Shown one piece after another: positions 26,632 to 37,881 of a stretch of 64,000 nucleotides of DNA. Position 1 is the first letter of the stretch. Each line of letters starts with the position of its first letter. The DNA comes from Lingula anatina. Lineage: Eukaryota > Animalia > Brachiopoda. Where the stretch lies: positions 5,518,001 to 5,582,000 of the forward strand of contig CM120647.1 of the NCBI GenBank assembly GCA_051362555.1, written 5' to 3'. Both the position numbers and the translations under genes were made by a program. A model generated the notes under the pieces. The model made no database searches. It had not been told where the DNA came from and saw nothing but the letters and a program-made list of their open reading frames with translations.

Positions 26632-26870
26632 AATCAAGGATAAGAATAAATTAGATATAATTTATACAATTTTCTTTTTGACGTCTTTTTTATCGCTATG
26701 TAGCTGGGTCATATCCAACGGTACTCGGTTTTATCAGTTTTATCGGTCCCTTTATTCACAACAGTGGACAAGACTAAGTGCGTTTCATTAAATTTTAACA
26801 CCCAGTCTGACATGTTAAAGATTGATATGAAAAAGATCTGTTGATAAGCATTTGTGAGGCAAGCAATTAG
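26273..26870. repeat. 231-bp inverted repeat pair around a (TA)n tract
   Basis: 26273-26503 is the reverse complement of 26640-26870 with about one mismatch seen. A smaller fold-back surrounds the (TA)n at about 26059-26257. Confidence 0.9.
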
Positions 26871-27450
26871 GGACACAAAACTGGTGCAATTCGGGACACA
26901 AAATTGGGGCAAAGTTGACGCTACCCAAAGGCTTATATAGCCCAAAGAACTGTGGACCTGCAGGCTTGCTTGCTAGAAAGCACCGCGAATTGCGACCGCA
27001 CGCAAAAATTGGTAGTGCCTGTCTCGAAGGCTTGTCACCACACGCTAATAGCAATGCCATCGCTTGTATCGAGGCGATTATTTGCGACTAGTCAACCCCG
27101 TCGCAATTGCTTTTGCGAAGGGCATGTGTAAGTCATCATTTTCGCAGTGTTTCTAATGTAAATACACATGGTGGCAAGGTCTGGTTGATAGTCATGTGCT
27201 TAACAGGCAAGAGAAAACAACAGAAAAATATCGGTGGATTAGTTCTGTCTGCTTTTATTTGTTGACAAGCCTCTCTCCCTAGACGGTGACTGTGTCTAAC
27301 ACTACTCACCTCCAAATCCAGCGAAACCTGACTTACCTATGTGCTATGTTGCCAGACTTTTTGCTTTCTTGGGTGGTTCCTACATGTATTACTATCACCT
27401 CTATGTTATTGTCATCTTGGGCTATTTTGTTTAATTAACAGATATGAGCC

Positions 27451-28566
27451 ATGCCTGACCCCCAAAGCAGCCGTAAAGTCTTGGTAGTGGGTGTGATCTC
27501 AGGGACATGCTGTTTAATTTTCCTTATGTTTGAATCCAACATCATTCCACCAATCCTAGTGCTGAATCCTACACCAAACAGACAATATTATAATGGGACC
27601 AAACCCATTATAATGGGACCAAACCCAAAAGTCATTTTATTTTGGACCAAATTCTTCGGATTAAATCACTGGGGGTTCGATCCCATGGGAACTGTCCCGT
27701 TCGAACGTTTGAAACACTGCCCAGTGGTTTGCGAAATGACGGGTCAGAGGTCTCGCTTAAAAGAGGCTGATGTCATCGTGTTTCACGCTCTAGAATTGGG
27801 AGACAGGCCTCAGTTGAAACTCCCAAACCAGAGATGGATTTTGTACATGATGGAAAGCCCTTGCTATTATGGTTTGAATTACTTAAAAGATTGGAGAGGG
27901 GCTTTTAACTGGACGATGACGTATAGAGCTGATTCTGATTTTATAGCCAATTACAGTGAAGTTCAGCAGATAACAGAACCCAAGGAAAGGAATTACTCCG
28001 CTATTATGGCTAAAAAAAGTAAGATGGTGGCTTGGTTTGCAAGTAATTGCAACACTCCAGGAAAGAGAGAGAAGTATGTGAAGGAACTACAACGCTACAT
28101 ACCCGTAGACGTGTATGGTGCCTGTGGCCCAATGAAGTGCCCCGCCCATACGCCATGTGAAAAACATATCTATGAATCTTATAAATTCTATCTGTCATTC
28201 GAGAACAGTCTGGCGAATTTTTACCTCACGGAGAAGTTTTTTAAGACTCTTAAACATGACATTGTGAGCGTTGCGTTAAGTGGGGCCAACTACTCATTTT
28301 ATGGTATAAAACCTGACTGGCTTATAGACGCAAGGCAGTTCAAAACTCCGAAGGATCTTGCTAATTTCTTGATAGAGGTAGACAAAGATGATAGTAGATA
28401 CATTCAATATCTGCGCAGTAAGGAGAACGTTACATCCGTCGATGAATATTATGAATGGTGCAATGTTTGTAAGAGAATTAATGATGTGAACGACACAAGA
28501 ACATATTATGAAGATATTTTACATTGGTGGCAACAGAATCCATGCATACCGCCACAGTTCTTGTGA
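27451..28566 (+). CDS. Alpha-1,3-fucosyltransferase (CAZy GT10), single coding exon, type II membrane protein
   Basis: 371 aa. N-terminal TM segment, ILFWT, ADVIVFH, QRWILYMMESP, FNWTMTYRADSD, MVAWFASNC, VDVYGACG, YKFYLSFENS...YLTEKF. Splice acceptor ttttgtttaattaacag ends at 27441. Confidence 0.95.
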   Translation: MPDPQSSRKVLVVGVISGTCCLIFLMFESNIIPPILVLNPTPNRQYYNGTKPIIMGPNPKVILFWTKFFGLNHWGFDPMGTVPFERLKHCPVVCEMTGQRSRLKEADVIVFHALELGDRPQLKLPNQRWILYMMESPCYYGLNYLKDWRGAFNWTMTYRADSDFIANYSEVQQITEPKERNYSAIMAKKSKMVAWFASNCNTPGKREKYVKELQRYIPVDVYGACGPMKCPAHTPCEKHIYESYKFYLSFENSLANFYLTEKFFKTLKHDIVSVALSGANYSFYGIKPDWLIDARQFKTPKDLANFLIEVDKDDSRYIQYLRSKENVTSVDEYYEWCNVCKRINDVNDTRTYYEDILHWWQQNPCIPPQFL

Positions 28567-28731
28567 TTTTTTAAAGAAAACGTCTACTGAAATACCAGAC
28601 CCCAGTTTCGTAAAAACAAAACAAAAACAAAGAAACAAACAAAAAAAACTTAAGTCAGTTTACTAGCTAAGTTAACTAGAGAAGAATTTCATCCGCTGTG
28701 TTGTTATAAGAACGAAGTAATTTTTCAGGGA

Positions 28732-28773
28732 TTCCCTGATGAAGATGTTCTGATAGACATCGAAATATTGGAG
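28732..28773 (+). ncRNA. Degenerate ultra-minimal hammerhead-like motif (Penelope type)
   Basis: UUCC-CUGAUGA-A-GAUGU(loop 8)ACAUC-GAAA-UAUU-GGAG. Stems I and II pair; stem III is essentially absent. Confidence 0.5.
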
Positions 28774-30023
28774 GTAAAAACTTTTAATGAAACTGTTGGC
28801 TGAAAATAAACTTCATTCTTAGCTGACTAGGGTTTCCATGAGAGTGCTGCAACACTGTTCCTGATAGGGAAAGGTGTACTCAGGTAGCCGAGGAACCTGC
28901 TTGCCTCTTTGCAACCCCACAAATTGAAATCTGTGTCCTGTTTGTTTGGAGAGTAAATGTATATTAACTGTAGATATTTCAGGCGTACACAATACGTACA
29001 TATCATAAATCAACACAATTCAGTGTTTATCACTAATCTGCGTCTGTTCTTTTATCAGAGGGACCTTCAATAAATGCAGCTGTCATCGACCGAATTTAGA
29101 ACATCATAGAGCCATTCAGAACAGCGGAAAAAACAGATCCGCAGATCAAATATTGCGACACACTAAAAAGCTTGCCACTTAAGCCCCGATTAGAAGCTGA
29201 ATAGATTTCCCGGGGGGGGTTTACCCAACAAGCATTCAAGTGTGTCGGCCATGTAAGTCGGCTGTTTTGAATGTGCTCATACTTACATGTCGTTTGTTCT
29301 ATTCATTTAATATGTATTTCATATAATTTATATCAGTTTATATCAAGGAGACATAAATATCTATAGCTTACTAGATACAAGATTCCAGATGATGCATTAT
29401 GGCAAAAGCCACAGGCTTTACTTGTAATTATTGTGACAAAATTGAAAAGTGAATTCTGACTATTAATTGTTGGAAGAGTTTTAAGCAAATGCGTTCCATT
29501 CTGGCCAATAATATTTAATATGTAATGCGCTATTAGAGTTTATCAGCCTTAATCGAGAGATTGTGTGAAACTGGGCTCAAATCAGGTTTTTATTATATTT
29601 TTGTTCAAGATAATTGTATCCTCAAATTGGAAAAAAAATATTTCTATAGATTTACATGTGTTATAAACGATATAAATGTATATATTTTCAGCTATTGAAA
29701 TAATATATTATTTAACATTTTATAAAAGATATACATGTAAATATATCTTTTTTTCAGTTCTTGAAAATGTATTTTGAGGTAGAATTATAACAATTTTGAA
29801 TTTTATAATCGTAACACACTACAATTTTAACTGTGTTATTACTATTATTATTATTATCATTATTATTATTATTATTATTAGAGAATTAAAGTTCAAGCCC
29901 TTGAGAATTGTGAATAGTATATACTTTTTATCTTGAAGGTTTGTTTTGTTACGCATTTTAATGAATTTTTGCTTCTATGTGAGATGTACCATACGTTTTT
30001 TTTTTTTTTCATTTTTTATTTTC

Positions 30024-30062
<39 letters not shown>

Positions 30063-31283
30063 TTTTGTAAAATGATAAAAAAATAAAAGGACAAAAAATC
30101 AAATAAAGTAATATAATGATTTATCCCAGAGTGCGTATCCAAAAGTCTTTTTTGTTGTGTATTATTCTGTAATATGGTGCTGCACTTTCGTGAATTTTGT
30201 TGAGTTGATCTCATGAAAAAAATGAGAGGAGCGTGACTTGTTCCCATATTTATATTTTTCTTGAAATAGAAAAAATAGTTTTCAAAATCACGCTGCAGAA
30301 CATTTTTTGTGCAATATCAAAATTGCAAGAGCAAAAAAAAAAAGAAGTTAGGAAAATGCGTCAAAGACAGCCAATCGCAATTGCTTAGTGAGTCGGCTGA
30401 CACTGCAAAAGATTAACAGACATGATAACAGGTCCGCTTGTCTCTTTCAGTGTCAGATTGCTACTAGTGAAACATTCTGACCTCCCCCACCACACCCGCA
30501 AATTTTGTTCCAATTTATTTTATTTTATTTTATTTTATTTATTTATTTATTTATTATTATTATTATTTTTTTACTCTGGTACCTCAGACGAAAATTTGTC
30601 ATCTTAGTCTCCCTCCTAAACGTATCGGTAGGTCAGAAATTCAACCACTTAGCAAAAGAAATTTAAAGGTACATACGAACTGAGCATCGGTGTAGCATGG
30701 ATTCCCAGTAACACATATAAACCACTTCTACTAGTTTCTTATACGACTTGAATAAATTTGACATGCGAAGGGATAAACTGAATAGATCACTCGATCAGCA
30801 GTAAAAGAGCTTAAGACTGCTCCTTTTTTAATTTTTGGTCAAAAATTTAACCTACAGTACTTTTCTGCACCATTGACATACAGCATAGAATGCTAGCAAT
30901 AAAATCCGTTCAAACATCATTTTCAGGTAAAATTAAACAATGCCTTTTGGTAATTCTCTTAGTTATACTACTTGAAACTATATGCTGGCATTTGGTGGGC
31001 TTTTGTGGCAAAAAGTTGACTTGTTATGTATCTTTAAAGATAAACAACACGCTTAACCCCAAGTTATTGTCTTAAAATTTATTTTACAACAAAAGATGAG
31101 CAATAAAAGATACACTGCATGAAGTAATGAATCCGGCCAGCAGAGTAAGAATGCATTAATGAAGATTAAAAGAAATTAAGTGTCATCAGTTTAGCCGATA
31201 ATTATTGTTACAGGTCGATCTATCAATATTTTATTTTCAGTGGCCTCATTAAAGCATGGTGGCACCACGTATCCCAACAACTC

Positions 31284-31333
<50 letters not shown>

Positions 31334-31797
31334 ATGGCTATTGCCTTTGACTTTGAAAATCAAAGCCTCAAATATAGAGGTTTAAAGTTTGGCGCGGAAA
31401 GTTATTTACAAATAACGTTATCCTGTGAGCCAACCTGATACGTTTACGTCATCCTTTTAAATGTTTTTTTTTTTTTCTCTATTGCGTATTTCGATATCTA
31501 TCATTTTGAATTTCAAAACACCACTTCGGCTACAGACATTTGATTCGGAGTACATATCATATATATAGTCCTTTATGTTTTCTTTTTGTATTATTTTACA
31601 AATGGGACATAAAAAGCAAAATAAATACAACAGAGAAGAAAAATAGATAACATTAAGGTATGACCTTATTTGAAAAATAGAAAAATATTGATTAGCCCTT
31701 TATCTTTCCATAAGAAGTAATTTGAATTTTTTTATGATTACGCTCATAGCATTCAAACTTTTTGTCAATAAATAAACATTAATTCGACGAGTAGTGT

Positions 31798-32494
31798 TTA
31801 TATTATCAAGCAGTGACTATAATAGAACGAATATTCCATTTCTGTGGACATAGCATTTTTGTAGTGGTCACACAGCGTTTTCAGGTCCGCATTCGTCAGA
31901 CGACAGGTATTCGTTTTCCATGGTTCAATACACTGTCGATAGATGTCACCACTGTTGCTGTCCACGGGAATATTGGCGTCGTAAACTTTCCCGGGCGGAC
32001 AAGGTAGAATAATTGGTAACAGGTTGTTGTAGTCGCAGTACCCGTATTTTAAGCACGTGTTGCACAACTGATAGCCTGCCCCTTGCCGCCCAACGCACTC
32101 CGAGGAAGAGTCCATGCCCAGGACCCCCGTTTGCGGAACCGGTTCTTGCAGCTTTCCCGTCATGCATTTGCGACATGTCTGAATCTGGTGGCTTAAGCTG
32201 TAGTAGTACTGGTAACAGTAGGCAAAGAAGAAGACATTTTCGTTGTCCTTTAGCCAGTTCCCGTCCGTGGCGAGGTACAAGCACATGCCATTGAGGTCAT
32301 CACGCGTGGCAATACAGGTGGCGGTCTCCAGAGCGGGTCTGACGCAAGCTTTGATGCTCTGTAATGTAAGAGTGTATTGTTGTATAAACCTTTAGTACTC
32401 TACATGTACATATATTACCAGCAGCTCGTTTTGCGGTCAAATTAAACACAACCAGAATTAATAATTGAATTATTAATGCTCCACAAATGCGCAT
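31798..32494 (-). pseudogene. Secreted Cys-rich protein with chitin-binding type-2 (CBM14-like) domain, split by one frameshift
   Basis: Signal peptide MRICGALIIQLLILVVFNLTA in ORF 32300..32494. A second frame is open from about 32390 to 31798 and contains CVGRQGAGYQLCNTCLKYGYC...PCPPGKVYD...CIEPWKTNTC. Confidence 0.65.
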
Positions 32495-33655
32495 TGTTAC
32501 GTGAACTTCATAGAAGGCACATACATGTATAAAGACATTGTACTAAAATGTATACTGTAAACGTTTGGATATGCCCCAAGTATATTTTCTTCTTTTACAT
32601 ATCCTGAAAAGCTACTTGTCTTTCCCAATTCAGACATTAAAGCTATACACACACACCCCCCCCCCCCCCAAAAAAAAAAATTAAATAAACCACGATATTA
32701 AATAAAAGTTCTCGATGACGACATTCCCTTCTAAAATGTATTGGAAGACAAGACGGTCTAAATGAATTGCCAGCAAAGAAAATTAATTGTCTACATGGGC
32801 AGTGGTGTTTTTAAACCAGGTTTCCAAATCTGAAGACAGCATAAAGAGCCGACAATGGACCTGAACGAGAGACAGCGTTCACAATTTTAAACAAACCCCT
32901 AATGACATTTTTATACAATATAGATATCTCACAATATAGTGATAAGCACTTTCCAGAAGGCGGTGACGTAATTCTGACGTCAAGATGACGTCAAGCACAC
33001 GTTGAACTTCACACACAAAGGTCCCTCCTTAAGTGTGTGTGTGTGTGGGGGGGGGGGGGGGTGAACGGAGGATCACGCAGTCAAACGGATAAATACGCCA
33101 GCACTCTATATTGTAGTAAACCACAATGGATCTGACACTGAATGAGGCGGCTTTGGTTGCCATATCAATGAAGCATATTGAATACTTGAAAGAACCACTT
33201 AATTCTGTCACATGAACTAATATAGGTGATGATAAGTATATCCTCTGCCCCATATGCCACCACATTAAATCACAAATAATGATATTCCGCCTTTTGTAAC
33301 AGGACAAGGCGGGTGGACTTAATTAATTGATTTAGTGAAGAAGAAACGCGTACCTAACCACACAAGCACTTACTAAACTTTTATTAAGTAACCACGTTTT
33401 ATGCACTGCATGGAGACTTACCGCAAAGTATAATGCGCTTGAAGGCCTTTTGGTATTGGTGTCAGTTTATATTCATTTCAGTTTAATTTAAGATTAAAAA
33501 CTTTTTTGATTTTAATGATATGATCTTAAGTGCCCGTACACTATCTCTCGCTCCCTCCCCGACTTATATCTCATCAACTTCTTTTTATTTTTCTTGCCCC
33601 CCGCCCCTCTCACTCTCTATATTTCCTCTTTTTTAATACTTTTTTATTTATTTTA

Positions 33656-34000
33656 TTATTTCTCGTGTGTAAGGGGTGCACATGCGCATGCACGCGTAGA
33701 CGCTGTAAAATTTGAACCCACCTGATCCCAAACTTTTGCTTTTCCGCACTGAATCACAGACTTCACCCCATTGGCGCAATTTATGTAGGACCTACAGGAA
33801 CTGCAGTCTTGGTGCACGCCGTTCCCGAGGAAGTAACAATCGAGGCCCAGCGTGTCGTCGTCGAAGTAGAGCTTGTCGGCTTTGGCGGTCGTAGTGGGGC
33901 AGCTGGAACAGGAGGACGCAAGAACGGTTGTAACCATGACACTGGTTGCCATGGTTGCTATCACTATGGTGACCAAAGAGACGGGTGTTGGTTTGGACAT
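33656..34000 (-). CDS. Small secreted chitin-binding type-2 (CBM14-like) protein
   Basis: 114 aa. Hydrophobic leader, then DCYFLGNGVHQDCSSCRSYINCANGVKSVIQCGKAKVWD. Acceptor ttcacttttag just 5' of the ATG (exon starts 34009); upstream non-coding exon ends AAG|GTAAGG at 34498. Confidence 0.8.
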   Translation of the reverse strand: MSKPTPVSLVTIVIATMATSVMVTTVLASSCSSCPTTTAKADKLYFDDDTLGLDCYFLGNGVHQDCSSCRSYINCANGVKSVIQCGKAKVWDQVGSNFTASTRACACAPLTHEK

Positions 34001-34626
34001 TGCGCGGGACTAAAAGTGAATTAAACATAATGCCAATCAATAGAAATTGGAAAAGAATAAAGAAATATATTATTAATTTGACGGCGTTTCATTAGTCGAG
34101 AGCGGTATTTTTCAAATGAAAAGAGCGAAAGAAATGTTAACTGTCGAATGATGTACGTGACCACAAAAAACTATTTTAAGTGCGGATACAATGCACTGAT
34201 TCTGCATTTAACTGCACTGATAACGACAGAAAAACAGAGTTTATAGCATATAGAATTAAGCCAATCAACATGTTGGCCACTTTTTTTTCAAGAAAACTTT
34301 GTTAAATGCCTTTGCCAAACTGAAATGCGCTACATCCAGTAAATTTTCTTTTAAAAATACGTAAATTTCTAAATATATGTAACCTGTACATTGCCGTCTT
34401 TGCAAGCCGCTGGCACATAAATTGCAATAAATAAATGTGATCTAAGATATCAAACTTCACGAAAAGAAAAATTCACCCATTAATGACAATTCCTTACCTT
34501 AAGAGAGCACAAGACCTCCACAGGAAAACAAGAGACAAATATTTAAGTCAGACGACAGTTTTACGTCTTGATGCTTCCAGTGCCACTAGTGATCGCTTGA
34601 AGTCTCCGAGAACAAGATGCACTCTC

Positions 34627-34633
34627 TTTTATA
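34627..34633 (-). promoter_or_regulatory. TATA box of the 33656-34000 gene
   Basis: TATAAAAG on the minus strand, about 130 nt upstream of the donor at 34498, consistent with a ~100-nt 5' UTR exon. Confidence 0.55.
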
Positions 34634-34830
34634 TCACCAAATGTGTACGGTGACGCACGTGTCCTCCTGGTCCTATGTACTGTGTCGTTAGACTTTATTA
34701 CCAAGTCAATACATTTCCACACGTCACTGAACTAGTTTAGCTTCAAGATACTTCAGCAGGGTTGGGAACTTTAGTGCTGCATTATGCATGTATCTGTTGC
34801 CGTTTAAGATTGAGTTATGGGCCGGTGTGC

Positions 34831-34861
<31 letters not shown>

Positions 34862-36220
34862 GGGGAGAGGGTTTGTGGGGGGATAAAAAGAGAATGTAGT
34901 AGAGTCTGTGAGAGAGAGATAAATTATTCGTTACATTTTAGGTCACTAGTTCTAATACATACCATTTTGAAAAAATTGAAATAATTCCCCATTTCTTTTG
35001 TAGTCTTTTTATTTATTTATTTATTATTTTTTTGTCTATCTATATGATCGTACAATAAATTCAATCAGATAAACATATAAGACTGTATTTTTTAATGAGC
35101 GTTTCTTTTGAATTTTTTTGGGATATTCTGTTTTGATTCTAGATAATGTTGTAATCCTTAAACCTCCGCCCCTCACCCACCCATGATATTTTATCACTAA
35201 ACCATGTATCCAACGTTTAAGACATGAATAGATATTACAATAAGAAAATGTACGTGTTTTTCATTATTGTATATTTCTCTCAGTACATAATTGTTCATGC
35301 ATGGTTTTTCTTGGGCAAAGAATTAATGAAACACCACAAAGGTTCAAACCACAACAATTTACGGTCAGGTGACCTTTCCCCTATTATAATTATACGGTCG
35401 TGAAGTTGAAGGTGATGTCCAAGTTTTGTTACCCATAGGCCTTATTGTGGTAAACAGAAACCTCGAACAATTTCACTTTGACGTATGTGCCTTACTTAGC
35501 GATTTAAATGAAATTCAGCAACAAAATTTGAGATTTAGATTAATTGGCATTTTTGAGAATTTTATCTGAACTAGGACCCCCCTGTGACACTTTAAGTACA
35601 TACGAGAAACTTAATGAAACCACCTGTTAAATTTTAATGCACTTAATATCGTTTCCTTCTTCAAATTTGCGGTTAACGGATTGAAAGAAACGAATAACTA
35701 TCGCCCTTGAAAGAATCAGTCTCATTTTATTCTTTAAAGCTCATCAAAATATAGACCATTAATTTTGCAAAATTGTTTTTACGTTAAATGATTGTAAAGA
35801 GAGACAATAATGGAAACAAACTCGTATTATTTATTATATAATAGAAAATAACATTTAGTCTTTGAAAAAAAATTAACAACCTTTTTTTTTCTTTTGGCAA
35901 CAGTTTTCATTTTCTTTCATATATCTTTTATCACAGATTGGTTAACCTGTAGCAGGGAACAGTTGTCAACTTCATAGTTTCTTTTTTTCAAATTAATAGG
36001 GAACAATTTCACTGTTCTTAAAGCAGCTTTTTAACAGACAACCAGTCATACTTACAACCCTAACTTTCCAGCAAACGCCATAGTATTCGAATAAAAACGA
36101 TTCCATGGCATTTAACTCCTTTACTTTATACCCATTGTGTCTAAATGTACAGTATATGAGGCTAAAGGTAAACTGTGCGCGTTTAGAAAGCAGAAAAAAA
36201 CATAATACTTTTAGAATTAA

Positions 36221-36332
36221 AGGGATAATAACTCTTCGTTTTGTCCTGGGGTAAACAACAATTTTCCCTTACTTACCAATGGTTAATGAATCCATTTTTA
36301 TATTCAAATTTAGTCCCCGGTTTTTTCTAAAA

Positions 36333-36383
<51 letters not shown>

Positions 36384-36577
36384 TTAAAATCTCTTAAGAG
36401 ATTATAACAGAGCATAGCCATCTATAGAGATCACGTGATCTGAAGACAAGCTCAGATATCAGAATAATAGCTATAACTGCTGTTCTTGTCGTAAAACAGA
36501 ATATATAATATTTCCATGAGTTATTCACAATGTTTTTATTGTAAAATATAGATCTCATACGAAGAGTTATTATCCCT
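36221..36577. mobile_element. MITE with TTAA TSD (Kolobok-like termini)
   Basis: Perfect 19-bp TIRs AGGGATAATAACTCTTCGT / ACGAAGAGTTATTATCCCT; TTAA at 36217-36220 and 36578-36581. Confidence 0.75.
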
Positions 36578-37619
36578 TTAAGTTGTTTTTCTAGAAACTA
36601 AATCCAAGTGCAAGAAGGAGTCAAGCAATGATTCGTGATAAGTGGAACTTTTCATATTTTCCTTGATGAAAATTAAAAATGGTGCGAAAATCTCCTCTGG
36701 GATCCCTTCAATTAACATTGTTTTTATATTCACATTGCTTGTCTACGTATGTAACATTTGGCACAGGGGGAATTTATAAAACAGGTCAATCAAGAAGAGA
36801 ATTATATACAACACATGGGGAAAATGACCAGTGAAAGGTCTGGTCCCAAACTAAACGCAAATTATACAAAAACAAACAAACAAAAATTAGTGATATAAAA
36901 AGTGGTCATGAAATCACTCAGGAACAAGATCTCAGAAATGTGATATTGCCGAAGAATTTAATAATCAACCTGAATGTAGATGAAACTGGAAATATCCCTA
37001 TAACAAATCCATACCTCTGTGGTGACTGGAAACAATGGACAGAGACACATTGATGACAAAAGGTGATTTTTTAGGCCGCTCTGAAACACAGGATGGCTTT
37101 CACGAATCATGATGAGATACATCTAGCAGGTACTATTAAAACTAAAGACCCCTAGCTCACTCAGGTTATTCACCTCGTTTTGAGGACGCCCCGGAAATAT
37201 TGCGCTTTAACGGCCACCAGACAACCACAAACCCCTTACCCCTAAACCACTTCAATGCCATAAATTATCTATCAAATGCGCATGCGCAGTGTAAAGGCAA
37301 CAAATAAATATTTATCGTAACTGATGCGCCAGTACTTGCATGTAGCCTACTGACGACAATGAATAGAGACAATAGATGATGTGGTTACAGCCAACTGAAT
37401 GGCACTGTAATGTCACTACCTCTATTTACTGTCATAAGTCACATAACATTTTAATATGTAATTATTTGCTTTAATCAAGTTTTTTTCTGCTTTAATTGTT
37501 TTTTATACTAGCCTTTTTATTTTTACTTTCATGTTGTATTGTAAAGTTAACTGAACAAATTTGGATTTTTGACTCAAAAATAAATATTATGAATTATGTA
37601 CTACTACTACTACTACTAC

Positions 37620-37674
<55 letters not shown>

Positions 37675-37850
37675 CACACAGAAAGATAACGCCTGTTTTG
37701 TACTATGCACAAGTGAAGAAAATGTCCGGTGGGGGGAGTGAGGAAAATTTTTCCAGTACGTCCTACAAACCCAACACTCCGTTGATATCATATAGCTCGT
37801 CACCTCCCCAGGCAAATTATTGCTTGCCTTCAAAAAACCTTATGCAGCGT

Positions 37851-37881
<31 letters not shown>

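Noticed and set aside
32964-32993. Cluster of three CRE-like TGACGTMA sites upstream of the chitin-binding gene
   Set aside because: Sits next to a TTAA-ended, transposon-like terminus; no evidence of regulatory function.
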